64,000 nucleotides of DNA from Planctomycetota bacterium. Its GTDB lineage: Bacteria; Planctomycetota; Planctomycetia; Pirellulales; UBA1268. Location of the stretch: NCBI GenBank assembly GCA_003669585.1, contig QWOQ01000007.1, positions 106,694-170,693 of the forward strand, written 5' to 3'. The notes under the pieces were generated by a model. It had not been told where the DNA came from and searched no databases. It saw only the letters and a program-made list of their open reading frames with translations. Positions 30,475-38,938 of this stretch are shown here, in pieces. The stretch's first letter is position 1; each line of letters starts with the position of its first letter. Both the position numbers and the translations under genes were made by a program.

Positions 30475-31080
30475 ATGCCTGATTCGTACAAGCACGAAGT
30501 ACTAATCGTTCTGCTTTGCTTTTGTTTTTCACAATTCTTCTTCCGTCATACGAAACCACACACTGTGACATCTCCATCGCTTCCCGCATCGACCACCAGA
30601 TCCCCCACGCGAACTTCCCGAACGCCTTTTCCGCTTTCACACTATGTGCGTACCGGTCCATCGCACGTCGGCACAGGTGTCTTTGCTCGGCGAAGAATGC
30701 GAGCTGACATCGTGATTGGAGAAATTCATGGCGAGATTTTCTCTGAGTCTCCGGAAGACCCCAGTTACTGCATGGAACTCCCGAGTGAAAAAGTGCTCGA
30801 ACCTGTTGCGCCTCTGCGATTCATCAACCATAGTTGCGATCCCAACAGCGAAATCTTTTATTGGGAGGCTGATGACCCCGTCCTGCAGGAGGATCGTTTG
30901 TGGTTACAAACGCTTCGCGTCATCGAATCTGGCGAAGAACTGACGATCGATTACGCTTGGCCGGCCAATGCGGCGATTGTTTGTCGATGTGGTGCAGGTA
31001 CGTGTCGAGGCTGGATCGTTTCACCAGAGGAACTTTCGGATGTTCTCGATCGTGACGTGGCGAACAGCCCTTCCGAATGA
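30475..31080 (+). CDS. SET-domain protein methyltransferase with post-SET Cys cluster
   Basis: GTGVFARRRM, FINHSCDPN, EELTIDYAW and CRCGAGTCRGW (CxCx4C post-SET). The true start is probably downstream of 30475. An in-frame GTG at 30646 would give about 145 aa. Confidence 0.8.
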   Translation: MPDSYKHEVLIVLLCFCFSQFFFRHTKPHTVTSPSLPASTTRSPTRTSRTPFPLSHYVRTGPSHVGTGVFARRRMRADIVIGEIHGEIFSESPEDPSYCMELPSEKVLEPVAPLRFINHSCDPNSEIFYWEADDPVLQEDRLWLQTLRVIESGEELTIDYAWPANAAIVCRCGAGTCRGWIVSPEELSDVLDRDVANSPSE

Positions 31081-31168
31081 ATGATCAACGCCGAGAACAA
31101 ACGTTGACAAAGGTCTTTTTTTACGTTCGATCTTTCTTCCATTCGTTCCCGCTCGGCGGGAGACTGAC

Positions 31169-33457
31169 ATGAGTCTTTGGCAGCGTCTTTTTACGAATCA
31201 TCGAAGATTTTTCGTACTTGGGAGCATCGCAATCACCCTCGTGTCACTCGTGGGAATGTCGCGGCTGCGAATTGATGATGATCTGAGATCCTTGCTTCGG
31301 GATCGTGATGCCGATTTTCGCATGGTCGACGAAATTGCTCGGGAGTTTGGCTCTCCAGAACACGAGGTAATCATCTTTGCCTCTGCACAGTCTGAAACCC
31401 TCTTTACGCCTGATGCAATTGCGGCACTCCATCTGCTCTTAGCCCGTCTCGAACGCGTCGATGATGTGGAGAGGGTTCACTCAATGTTTTCGGTGCGACG
31501 ATTGGGAAGAGTGGGAATTCTCCTGCCGGTTGTCCCGAACGCTGATCGCGACCTCGACACCGACGACCTTCAATCAATCCGTTCTCGGGCCATGAATCAC
31601 CCGCTGGTCGCCGGAAAGTTGCTTAGCGCAGACTCTCGCCACACGTTACTCTTGGTTCGACTTACAGACGACGCGCACGATCCAAAAGTCGCTCGTCGCA
31701 TTCTCGCCGACATTCATACTGCTCTCGACTCTGAAAATCTCCGCAGTGCGTTGACTCTTGAAGTGACTGGCCTGCCTTCGCTGCGTGCTGAGGCGTCTAT
31801 TGCACTTTTTCGAGACATCATGGTTTTTAATGTCGTCGGCATCGTTCTTGCGATTGCATTTTCCTACTGGACAGCCCGACGCTGGAGCGCTGTGATCGTT
31901 GCATGCACGCCGCCTATGGTGGGTGCACTGTGGGCCACCGGACTTCTCGGACTCTTGGGGGTAGGCGTCAACATGCTGACCGCTGTGGTGCCGACTCTCG
32001 CACTCGTTGTTGGCACGTGTGACTCAGTTCATTTTATTGAAGATGTCAGACGCCGCGTTCGACGTGGTAATGACACGCTCACAGCGTCTAGCGCTGCGGT
32101 CGGACGCGTGGGAATTGCCTGTGGACTTACAAGTCTTGTTACTGCAGTCGGCTTTGCATCGTTGGCGTTTGCCCGTATTGATGCGGTTCGATCATTTGGA
32201 ATCGTTTCGGCACTCGGTGCACTCGCCAGTTTTGCCGCTGTTTCCACAATCACGCCTCTTCTGGCCTCAACTCGTCTGGGAAACACGCTTCACTTGGGCA
32301 TCTCTCCGCGATTTGCCACTCAGATGGCCACCCGTCTCGGCAACTTTTCAATTCACCATGAACGTCGAATCGTACCAATTGGAATTGTTGCCACGCTGGG
32401 ATGCGTGTGCGTCAGTCTTTTTCTCGAAGCTGACAACCGCATTCGTGATTCTCTTCCCCGAGGAACTCCGGCAAGTGTGGCACTTGAGCATATGGATGAT
32501 TCGTTTGGTGGCGCCATGGGACTTGATGTGCTTGTGCGATGGCCCGCCTCCGTTGCTTGGAGCGATCCAATGGTGCTCGAAACGCTTGAGAAGGTGCATT
32601 TGACCCTCAACGATTATAAAGAAATTTCGCATCCACTTTCACTCGCAACATTTTCCGGCACTCTTTCACAATCGAGCCTCCAACGACTCCAACCGGACCA
32701 GCTCGGAGATTTTGTTGATCCTCAGGGGCGCACGGCGATCGTTCGATCCCGAGTTACAGACTGTGGTTCCATGAGAATGGATATCATGTTTGGCGAAATC
32801 GAAAAGTCGCTGACCACTCTTGCCCCTGCTGGTTGGACAATCGATTTGGCTGGGATGACGGTTGTTTCTGCACGCAATATCAGACAGCTCATGCTTGATT
32901 TAAGTTCCAGCCTGACAATCGAAGTATTTGTGATCGGCATCATTCTCGCCGTCGCGTTTCGCTCTCCTCTTATTGGGATCATAAGTCTTCTGCCGAACAT
33001 GTTTCCGCTGGCAGCACTTGCCGCAGTACTCGTGGCGACCGGACGAACACTTGAGCCAGCGAACATCATCGTATTTAATGTTTGCCTAGGTCTTTCGGTA
33101 GACGACACCGTACATCTACTTTCCTCCATGAACCATCACCGTCGGCCTGGAATCTCGACTGGAACGGCAGTACGCCGAGCGCTTTACGATACTGGTTCGG
33201 CCGTAGTGCTTGGCGGATTGGTACTCACAGCAGGATTTGCAACCGTACTGGCAAGTCGAGTGCCATCACTTTCAGGATTTGGTCTTTTAGCCGCCACGGC
33301 GGTGATGGCAGCAACCGTATCGGAACTCATGTTGTTGCCGGCAATACTCGTGTGGGCGGATCGAGTGTGTGAAAGCAGGATTTTTTCGAAGTCTCAAACT
33401 GGCTCAAAACCTTATCCGTGCAATAATTCACCAGTCAACTCTGTCAATCGGGCTTAA
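31169..33457 (+). CDS. MMPL/RND-superfamily membrane transporter (lipid-exporter type)
   Basis: 762 aa. It has the two-fold architecture: TM1, then a periplasmic domain, then a five-helix TM bundle (VVGIVLAIAFSYW...LVVGTCDSVHFI), repeated in the second half (VFVIGIILAVAF...LGLSVDDTVHLL). Confidence 0.75.
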   Translation: MSLWQRLFTNHRRFFVLGSIAITLVSLVGMSRLRIDDDLRSLLRDRDADFRMVDEIAREFGSPEHEVIIFASAQSETLFTPDAIAALHLLLARLERVDDVERVHSMFSVRRLGRVGILLPVVPNADRDLDTDDLQSIRSRAMNHPLVAGKLLSADSRHTLLLVRLTDDAHDPKVARRILADIHTALDSENLRSALTLEVTGLPSLRAEASIALFRDIMVFNVVGIVLAIAFSYWTARRWSAVIVACTPPMVGALWATGLLGLLGVGVNMLTAVVPTLALVVGTCDSVHFIEDVRRRVRRGNDTLTASSAAVGRVGIACGLTSLVTAVGFASLAFARIDAVRSFGIVSALGALASFAAVSTITPLLASTRLGNTLHLGISPRFATQMATRLGNFSIHHERRIVPIGIVATLGCVCVSLFLEADNRIRDSLPRGTPASVALEHMDDSFGGAMGLDVLVRWPASVAWSDPMVLETLEKVHLTLNDYKEISHPLSLATFSGTLSQSSLQRLQPDQLGDFVDPQGRTAIVRSRVTDCGSMRMDIMFGEIEKSLTTLAPAGWTIDLAGMTVVSARNIRQLMLDLSSSLTIEVFVIGIILAVAFRSPLIGIISLLPNMFPLAALAAVLVATGRTLEPANIIVFNVCLGLSVDDTVHLLSSMNHHRRPGISTGTAVRRALYDTGSAVVLGGLVLTAGFATVLASRVPSLSGFGLLAATAVMAATVSELMLLPAILVWADRVCESRIFSKSQTGSKPYPCNNSPVNSVNRA

Positions 33458-33694
33458 AAAATCGATTTTTACGGTTTTCAAAGAGTTCTTTTTTAATTTT
33501 TAGGTTTTTGAAGGCTTTAAAGAACGCCTCAAACAGAATATCCTCCAGAATACCTATCTGAGCCACTCTCCCTACCTTTCTATTTTCCATGACTTTTTCT
33601 CTTGGCAAACAAAAAGTCTTCACGAATCGGGCCTGTTTTTAAATGCAGAACCCTCTTGTGATGAGGAAGTTCTTAAAAACCCTTGGAGTTTTGA

Positions 33695-35173
33695 ATGCGG
33701 CATCTTTTTTTTACAGGGGCCTCGGGCCTGCTCGGCGGTCAATTGCTCGCCCGACTCTTGGATCATGGCCGACAAGTGGCTGTGCTGGTAAGACCTACCG
33801 CGAAGGCGTCTGGAAGGGAACGGATCGAATCGATCTTGCTCGCCGAAGAACAAATTCTCGGAAAAATTTTGCCACGCCCTGTCGTTTTGGAAGGGGATCT
33901 AACGAGTCCGCAGTGCGGTCTAGGTGATCAAGAAGTTCAGTGGGTCCGTCGCGCTTGTTCCTCGATACTGCATAGCGCTGCATCACTTGAATTTACTGGT
34001 CCAGATCGTTCGGGTGAGCCTTGGCGTACCAATGTCAGCGGCACTCAAAATCTTCTTGACCTTGCCAAAGAAACCGGGATTGATGAGTTTCACCACGTTT
34101 CAACGGCCTATGTCTGCGGCCTCTCGCCTGGTCCAATTGAAGCCACTGCTTCTGATGGAGCGTACGGATTTCGAAACGACTACGAAGCAAGTAAGCACCA
34201 GGCCGAGTGGCTTGTAAGAAAGGCCCCGTTTCTCCGCAATCCAACATTTTACCGACCGGGTGTTATCGTCGGAGACTCCCGGACTGGTGCGACTCTCACG
34301 TATCACGGCATGATGGCAATGCTGCAACTCATGACGGTGATTGTTCGGAATCTTCCGGCCGACGAAACTGGTTTTCGCAAAGTGTCTTTGCGTCTGTCGA
34401 TGACCGGCAATGAGAAGCGGAACATGATTCCCGTTGACTGGGTTGCAGCGGTGATCACTCGTCTGCTCAATACTTCTGAAACGCGTGGACAGACATTCCA
34501 TCTCACACCTGAACATCCCATTACGATTCGAGAGATCATCGACTTTACAAGCAGTTATCTCCATTCGGGCGGAGTTGAGTTTTATGGCGCGCAAACACCA
34601 TCTGAACTCAACGATACTGAAAACGCCGCGTATGGAGGAAAGGGACTCTATGAGGCCTATGAGCATACGGATCCTGTATTCAACACCGATTCACTCAAAC
34701 AGTTCACCGAAGATCTTCCCTGCCCGATCATCGATGAAGCCATGATTCATCGCTTTCTTGCGTTTGGCGATGCTGATCGCTGGGGAAAACGCAAACGACC
34801 TAGGCCGAAGATCGATTCGTGGGCGGGTGATCTGCTTGGACAACTCGATTCCGAGGGACTCATTGCGATTGCCCGTGCCGTTGCAGGCGGCCGTACCGCA
34901 AGCCCACCGTCAGCGATAGGCATTGAATGCGTCGGTCCAGGAGGAGGATCGTGGACCATCCGCAGGACGTCCAATTCCTCAGCGTTGCTCGAACAAGGGC
35001 TTCAGAATCACCACCATCTTTTTTCATTAAGCTGCGGTGACATCTTACAGCTCGTACAAAACAGTGGGCATGGAATTTCTGCCCTTCAGCAGACGCCACT
35101 CCTCAACGCCTCTCGTGAAACAACCTCTGTGGGTTCACCAACGATCGGCAGTCGAAAAGTGGCGGCTTCGTAA
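33695..35173 (+). CDS. SDR-type reductase of the NAD_binding_4 (thioester/fatty-acyl reductase-like) class with a C-terminal SCP2-like extension
   Basis: HLFFTGASGLLGGQLLARLL (TGxxGxxG), LHSAASL, STAYVCG, YEASKHQAEWLV (YxxxK). The C-terminal ~110 aa (IECVGPGGGSWTIRR...LFSLSCGDILQLVQNSG) resemble a sterol-carrier-protein-2 fold pattern (tentative). Confidence 0.7.
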   Translation: MRHLFFTGASGLLGGQLLARLLDHGRQVAVLVRPTAKASGRERIESILLAEEQILGKILPRPVVLEGDLTSPQCGLGDQEVQWVRRACSSILHSAASLEFTGPDRSGEPWRTNVSGTQNLLDLAKETGIDEFHHVSTAYVCGLSPGPIEATASDGAYGFRNDYEASKHQAEWLVRKAPFLRNPTFYRPGVIVGDSRTGATLTYHGMMAMLQLMTVIVRNLPADETGFRKVSLRLSMTGNEKRNMIPVDWVAAVITRLLNTSETRGQTFHLTPEHPITIREIIDFTSSYLHSGGVEFYGAQTPSELNDTENAAYGGKGLYEAYEHTDPVFNTDSLKQFTEDLPCPIIDEAMIHRFLAFGDADRWGKRKRPRPKIDSWAGDLLGQLDSEGLIAIARAVAGGRTASPPSAIGIECVGPGGGSWTIRRTSNSSALLEQGLQNHHHLFSLSCGDILQLVQNSGHGISALQQTPLLNASRETTSVGSPTIGSRKVAAS

Positions 35174-35276
35174 AACATTCTTTTGTGCACGCCTGTGGTA
35201 TCGATCTCTTTTCTCGCTCACAAAGAAAATCTCTTTGGAGCACTTATTTTGTTGTCCGTTGGTTTACGTTCTTCCT

Positions 35277-36215
35277 ATGCACACAATTGCTGCTTATCCT
35301 ATTCCTCTTGATGACCTCTCTCTCGGCGCTCGGCTGATTTCTGAAATATCTGGTCGTTCTCAAGAAGAAGTTCTTGATCGCCTTGAAAAAGAACACTGCT
35401 CTCTCGGCTTCAATGTTTTGACTGCTCTGAAGGAGCGCGAAGTCAGTCCATTTGTCTTGAGCGAAAAACTTCAAAGCTTTTACAGTGACACCGACGCTTT
35501 TTTGTACGAAACATTCGTTTGGAACCGCTGTTCACTCAAGCAGGACATGCGTCAAAGAGTTCTTGCCGGCCTCAGACGCTGGCTCCCTTTCCATGCAAAA
35601 GTTCTCGTATTCGGAGACGGCATGGGGTTCGACTGCGCGAGCCTCGCACTTTCCGGATACCGAGTGACTTATTTTGAGATCGGAAACAAGTCGATAGAGT
35701 TTGCTCGTAGAATTTTCTCTCTGAACAACGTCTCGGTCGATGTGTGTTCAGATCTCTCCGAAAGTCCTGTGGATTTCTTCGATGCCGTTGTATGCCTCGA
35801 TGTTCTCGAGCATGTTGAGGATCCACCCCGTGTCGTAGGTGAGCTTGTCAAACACCTTCGTTCGGAAGGCCTCTTTTTTTCCCATGCTCCATTTGCGTAC
35901 CTGCACGCAAGCGTCAGCACCCATCTACGAAAAAACCTGCGATGGAGCGGTGACTGGAAATGCCTCTACGGAACATCGGGCCTGATTCCGATTGATGGAG
36001 CATTTTTCTGGAATCCAATCATCATGCAGAAATCCGCTGTCGACCCGTCTCATCGGCAGCGATCGATTTATTCTAAAACGCCTTTATTTTTGCAGATCGG
36101 CGGGTTGCTGCTCTCTCTTTCTCGTTTGTGGAATTTTCCATATTCCTTTCTCTGCTGCAGACTTGTACAGCAACAAGCTAGAAAACTATCTCCATTGTCG
36201 CCGCCTGTTTCCTGA
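35277..36215 (+). CDS. Class I SAM-dependent methyltransferase
   Basis: Motif I KVLVFGDGMGFDCASLA, then YRVTYFEIG, and motif II/III FDAVVCLDVLEHVEDP. Start taken at ATG 35277, which lies downstream of the reductase stop (35173). The 35037 start would overlap the upstream gene by 137 nt. Confidence 0.75.
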   Translation: MHTIAAYPIPLDDLSLGARLISEISGRSQEEVLDRLEKEHCSLGFNVLTALKEREVSPFVLSEKLQSFYSDTDAFLYETFVWNRCSLKQDMRQRVLAGLRRWLPFHAKVLVFGDGMGFDCASLALSGYRVTYFEIGNKSIEFARRIFSLNNVSVDVCSDLSESPVDFFDAVVCLDVLEHVEDPPRVVGELVKHLRSEGLFFSHAPFAYLHASVSTHLRKNLRWSGDWKCLYGTSGLIPIDGAFFWNPIIMQKSAVDPSHRQRSIYSKTPLFLQIGGLLLSLSRLWNFPYSFLCCRLVQQQARKLSPLSPPVS

Positions 36216-36221
36216 TCCACC

Positions 36222-37493
36222 CTACTCTTTTGTCTTGACCATAAAGCTGCCCGCCGATTTTTTGACTTCGTATAGAATCCCCCTCCATTCGATGGCTCGC
36301 GATGTCATCGCCAGCACCACGGCTACAGCATAGACGCCCTGTGTCACAGGCAGCATCGCAGCACGCCACAGCAATCGACCCGCAGAACGCGGACGAAGTT
36401 TTTTCCCACCAGCTGCGACGGCAGTTCTTAGCACTTCTTCAATCATCACAACAAGCGAAATACTGACCACTTCATACAAGGCGACTGCACAACCAACGGT
36501 CACACACATCGGCCAATCTTTTGTTACGAGAGCACCCATGCACATCGCAAGACTGGCTCCAAGAGCGATCGATGTGCTCAGCCCGTGAATCGCGACCAAT
36601 GGCCATAGTGGATGATGCAGCCTTGCGGTCAGTAATTGCCTGGCTATCCAGCGAGTCAGAGGACCAATGGAAACAGCGTCGTCTTGATCAATCGCCACTA
36701 AAGAGGGAAGAAAACGATACTTCCATCCCGATTTCTTGAGTGGTGCCGCAAGAGAAGTGTCTTCACAGAGCGTCGTGCGAATGACCTCTGTCCACCCACA
36801 CGCCTCTACAGCCTGTCGCCGCACCGCCAGTGAACCTCCCCATGGAATTTCAAACGCCGTCATCTGCACGATTGCCCCAGCATTCCAGATTGTTCGAACG
36901 GTCCCCGAAAGAGAGTCGTGCACCGGTTCGTACCAGCGATTTCCAGAGACTGCGCCAACGCCTGGTCGCATGCACTCATCGACTAACGACAACAGCCACT
37001 GTCGAACAACAACAGTATCCGCGTCAATCATTGCGATAACCTGCGTCGGTGGATCAAGTGTTAAAAGTGCCTGACGCAGCGAGGCACATTTGAGTGAACC
37101 TGTCTTGGGGCGTTCAGCCAACGGTTCGAGAATGGCATCCTTCCACGTCGCTCGACCACTTTGTGTGAGTTTCGAAATCGCTGCATTCGCGACCGCCCAC
37201 GCCGGATCGTTCACTGAATCAACGATCACACGGAGTCGCCAGTTTTCATGATTTTGCATTCCAAGAGCGTCAAAAACATTTTCAAGCGTTTCGTCGCAAC
37301 CGCGCAGACACAACACAACCTCAACTGGAATGCGACTGGATTCGCATCGAACGCTCGAGCGAGATACAAACTCGACAGTTCTTGAGCGTATGGCAAAGAC
37401 AAACCATGCGGTAAGAAAGACTTGCGGCACAATCAGCGCTACAAGAACCATCGCAACAATTGCTCCCGGCGATGACACTAGAGGAAAATTCAT
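36222..37493 (-). CDS. Membrane-embedded family-2 glycosyltransferase (ceramide-glucosyltransferase/HpnI-like architecture)
   Basis: 423 aa. N-terminal TM. GT-A blocks VEVVLCLRGCDE...RVIVDSVNDP, DxD-type IAMIDADTVV, GGSLAVRR, CEDTSLA, and an ..RW motif (PLTRWIARQ), followed by C-terminal TM helices. 4-nt overlap with the upstream acyltransferase gene. Confidence 0.7.
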   Translation of the reverse strand: MNFPLVSSPGAIVAMVLVALIVPQVFLTAWFVFAIRSRTVEFVSRSSVRCESSRIPVEVVLCLRGCDETLENVFDALGMQNHENWRLRVIVDSVNDPAWAVANAAISKLTQSGRATWKDAILEPLAERPKTGSLKCASLRQALLTLDPPTQVIAMIDADTVVVRQWLLSLVDECMRPGVGAVSGNRWYEPVHDSLSGTVRTIWNAGAIVQMTAFEIPWGGSLAVRRQAVEACGWTEVIRTTLCEDTSLAAPLKKSGWKYRFLPSLVAIDQDDAVSIGPLTRWIARQLLTARLHHPLWPLVAIHGLSTSIALGASLAMCMGALVTKDWPMCVTVGCAVALYEVVSISLVVMIEEVLRTAVAAGGKKLRPRSAGRLLWRAAMLPVTQGVYAVAVVLAMTSRAIEWRGILYEVKKSAGSFMVKTKE

Positions 37494-38935
37494 CCGTCAG
37501 CCTCACAGAGAACATTCTTTGAGAAACCTGCTCGTCCATCACCGGACCCTAGAAGGTTCTTGACCATTCCTTCAAGCAGATTGGTTGCATCAACCCGTGA
37601 GATTGCATCGGAATCGTATTGGAGTGAAAGCATTCTGCTCCCCGATGTTTCATGCGTCGCTACAGCAATTGAGGTCCCCGGTCGCACCGGTGGCACAATC
37701 CACCACTTTTCAAGAGATGATTCACCCACCCGCACTTGACCCAATGGATCGATCAGCGGTGAATGATGAAAACATCGTCCCACGTTGGAAAACACGGCGG
37801 TGGACTGTGACTTCGGACGCATGATCGTCTGACGAAGACCACCGGGCAGTCGGCGTCGTAGCTCAATACTCAGTGAAAAAATATGCTCGAGCCCATGCGA
37901 CCGAATGAGTTTCATCTCTTTATGCACGCTGGCGATGAGTTGATCTCGATCAAATCGCAGCCTCGGTCTTCGATCAAGAAACACCATGCTCACGCGATTG
38001 GCAGCAGGCAGAAGGTGATCACTTTTCGTACGGAGGCTCATCGGAATATTAAGTCTGATCCAACATGTGTGATTGGGACGGACTGATCGCGAATCGATCC
38101 ATTCGCCAATGGAAGTAATCATGGCCGCTGCCATGATATCATTGACCATGACCTGTTGCGACGAAGCTTGAGCTTCGAGAAGATCGACCTCACATGGCCC
38201 CAGCATCATTGAAATAACAGCTGGCTCCCAGGTTTTTGATTCACTTTTACGCTGGGCGGGAGGAACGCGGATCAGAGACGTCACATGTCGATTGATTTGA
38301 ATCACATTTCTACAAACAAACTGGGCCACTCCCTCAAGGCCCTTGGCCAGCCGTGGAAGCATGCGAAACAATTTGCTCCATGACGAAGCTACCCTGCCTC
38401 GCGAAGCGAGGGCAGCCATAACATCGTCAGCCCGACGCCGTCGTCGACCGGGTTTATTCTCGGCTTGAAGTAACCACCGCTCCACGAAACCAACGAGTCC
38501 GAGTCCGTCGCAGGCAGCATGATGAACGACCAGCACAATCGACCATCCTGCAGGATGTTCGATCACCTCCGCATGAAGCATTGGTCCTGCATAAGGATCC
38601 AGTCGCGGGAGCGTTTGAACCTGCTGCTCCAATTGCACTGACGCTGCGTGTGACGTCGATCGCTTCAGGGCTGGCACCGGCCCAGCTCTCCAGCGAGGTC
38701 TTCCGAAGAAAACTTTTTGCACCCTTGCCGTCAGGAGTGGTTCCTGTTCAAGAGCCGAGTCAAAGGCACTTGCGAGGGTCTCGGGAGGAGAAGAACCCGA
38801 AAAATCAAATCGCGACACGATCACCATCGGATGACTTGGGAAGTCATCCAACAGTATATGTTCTTCGACTGCTGTAAGCGGGAGTCCTTCCAAAGGAAGC
38901 CGAACTGTCTCCGCAATAAATCGATCACGCATCAC
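37490..38935 (-). CDS. Stand-alone HHxxxDG acyltransferase (condensation-domain / WS-DGAT / PapA5 superfamily)
   Basis: 481 aa. Catalytic motif VVHHAACDGLG at about residue 148, the usual position for C-domains and wax-ester synthases. No adenylation or carrier domain in the same ORF. Confidence 0.65.
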   Translation of the reverse strand: MMRDRFIAETVRLPLEGLPLTAVEEHILLDDFPSHPMVIVSRFDFSGSSPPETLASAFDSALEQEPLLTARVQKVFFGRPRWRAGPVPALKRSTSHAASVQLEQQVQTLPRLDPYAGPMLHAEVIEHPAGWSIVLVVHHAACDGLGLVGFVERWLLQAENKPGRRRRRADDVMAALASRGRVASSWSKLFRMLPRLAKGLEGVAQFVCRNVIQINRHVTSLIRVPPAQRKSESKTWEPAVISMMLGPCEVDLLEAQASSQQVMVNDIMAAAMITSIGEWIDSRSVRPNHTCWIRLNIPMSLRTKSDHLLPAANRVSMVFLDRRPRLRFDRDQLIASVHKEMKLIRSHGLEHIFSLSIELRRRLPGGLRQTIMRPKSQSTAVFSNVGRCFHHSPLIDPLGQVRVGESSLEKWWIVPPVRPGTSIAVATHETSGSRMLSLQYDSDAISRVDATNLLEGMVKNLLGSGDGRAGFSKNVLCEADG

Positions 38936-38938
38936 ACT

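Noticed and set aside
33458-33694. T-tract-rich spacer upstream of the reductase gene as phased DNA curvature
   Set aside because: The T-tracts start at about 33466, 33474, 33489, 33497 and 33505. The spacings of 8, 15, 8 and 8 nt are not helically phased, so the region is probably just an AT-rich promoter or terminator.
35037-35276. Upstream extension of the methyltransferase ORF overlapping the reductase gene by 137 nt
   Set aside because: The extension is in a different frame over the reductase C-terminus and is Arg/Ser/Cys-rich. ATG 35277 lies downstream of the reductase stop and precedes the conserved methyltransferase core.
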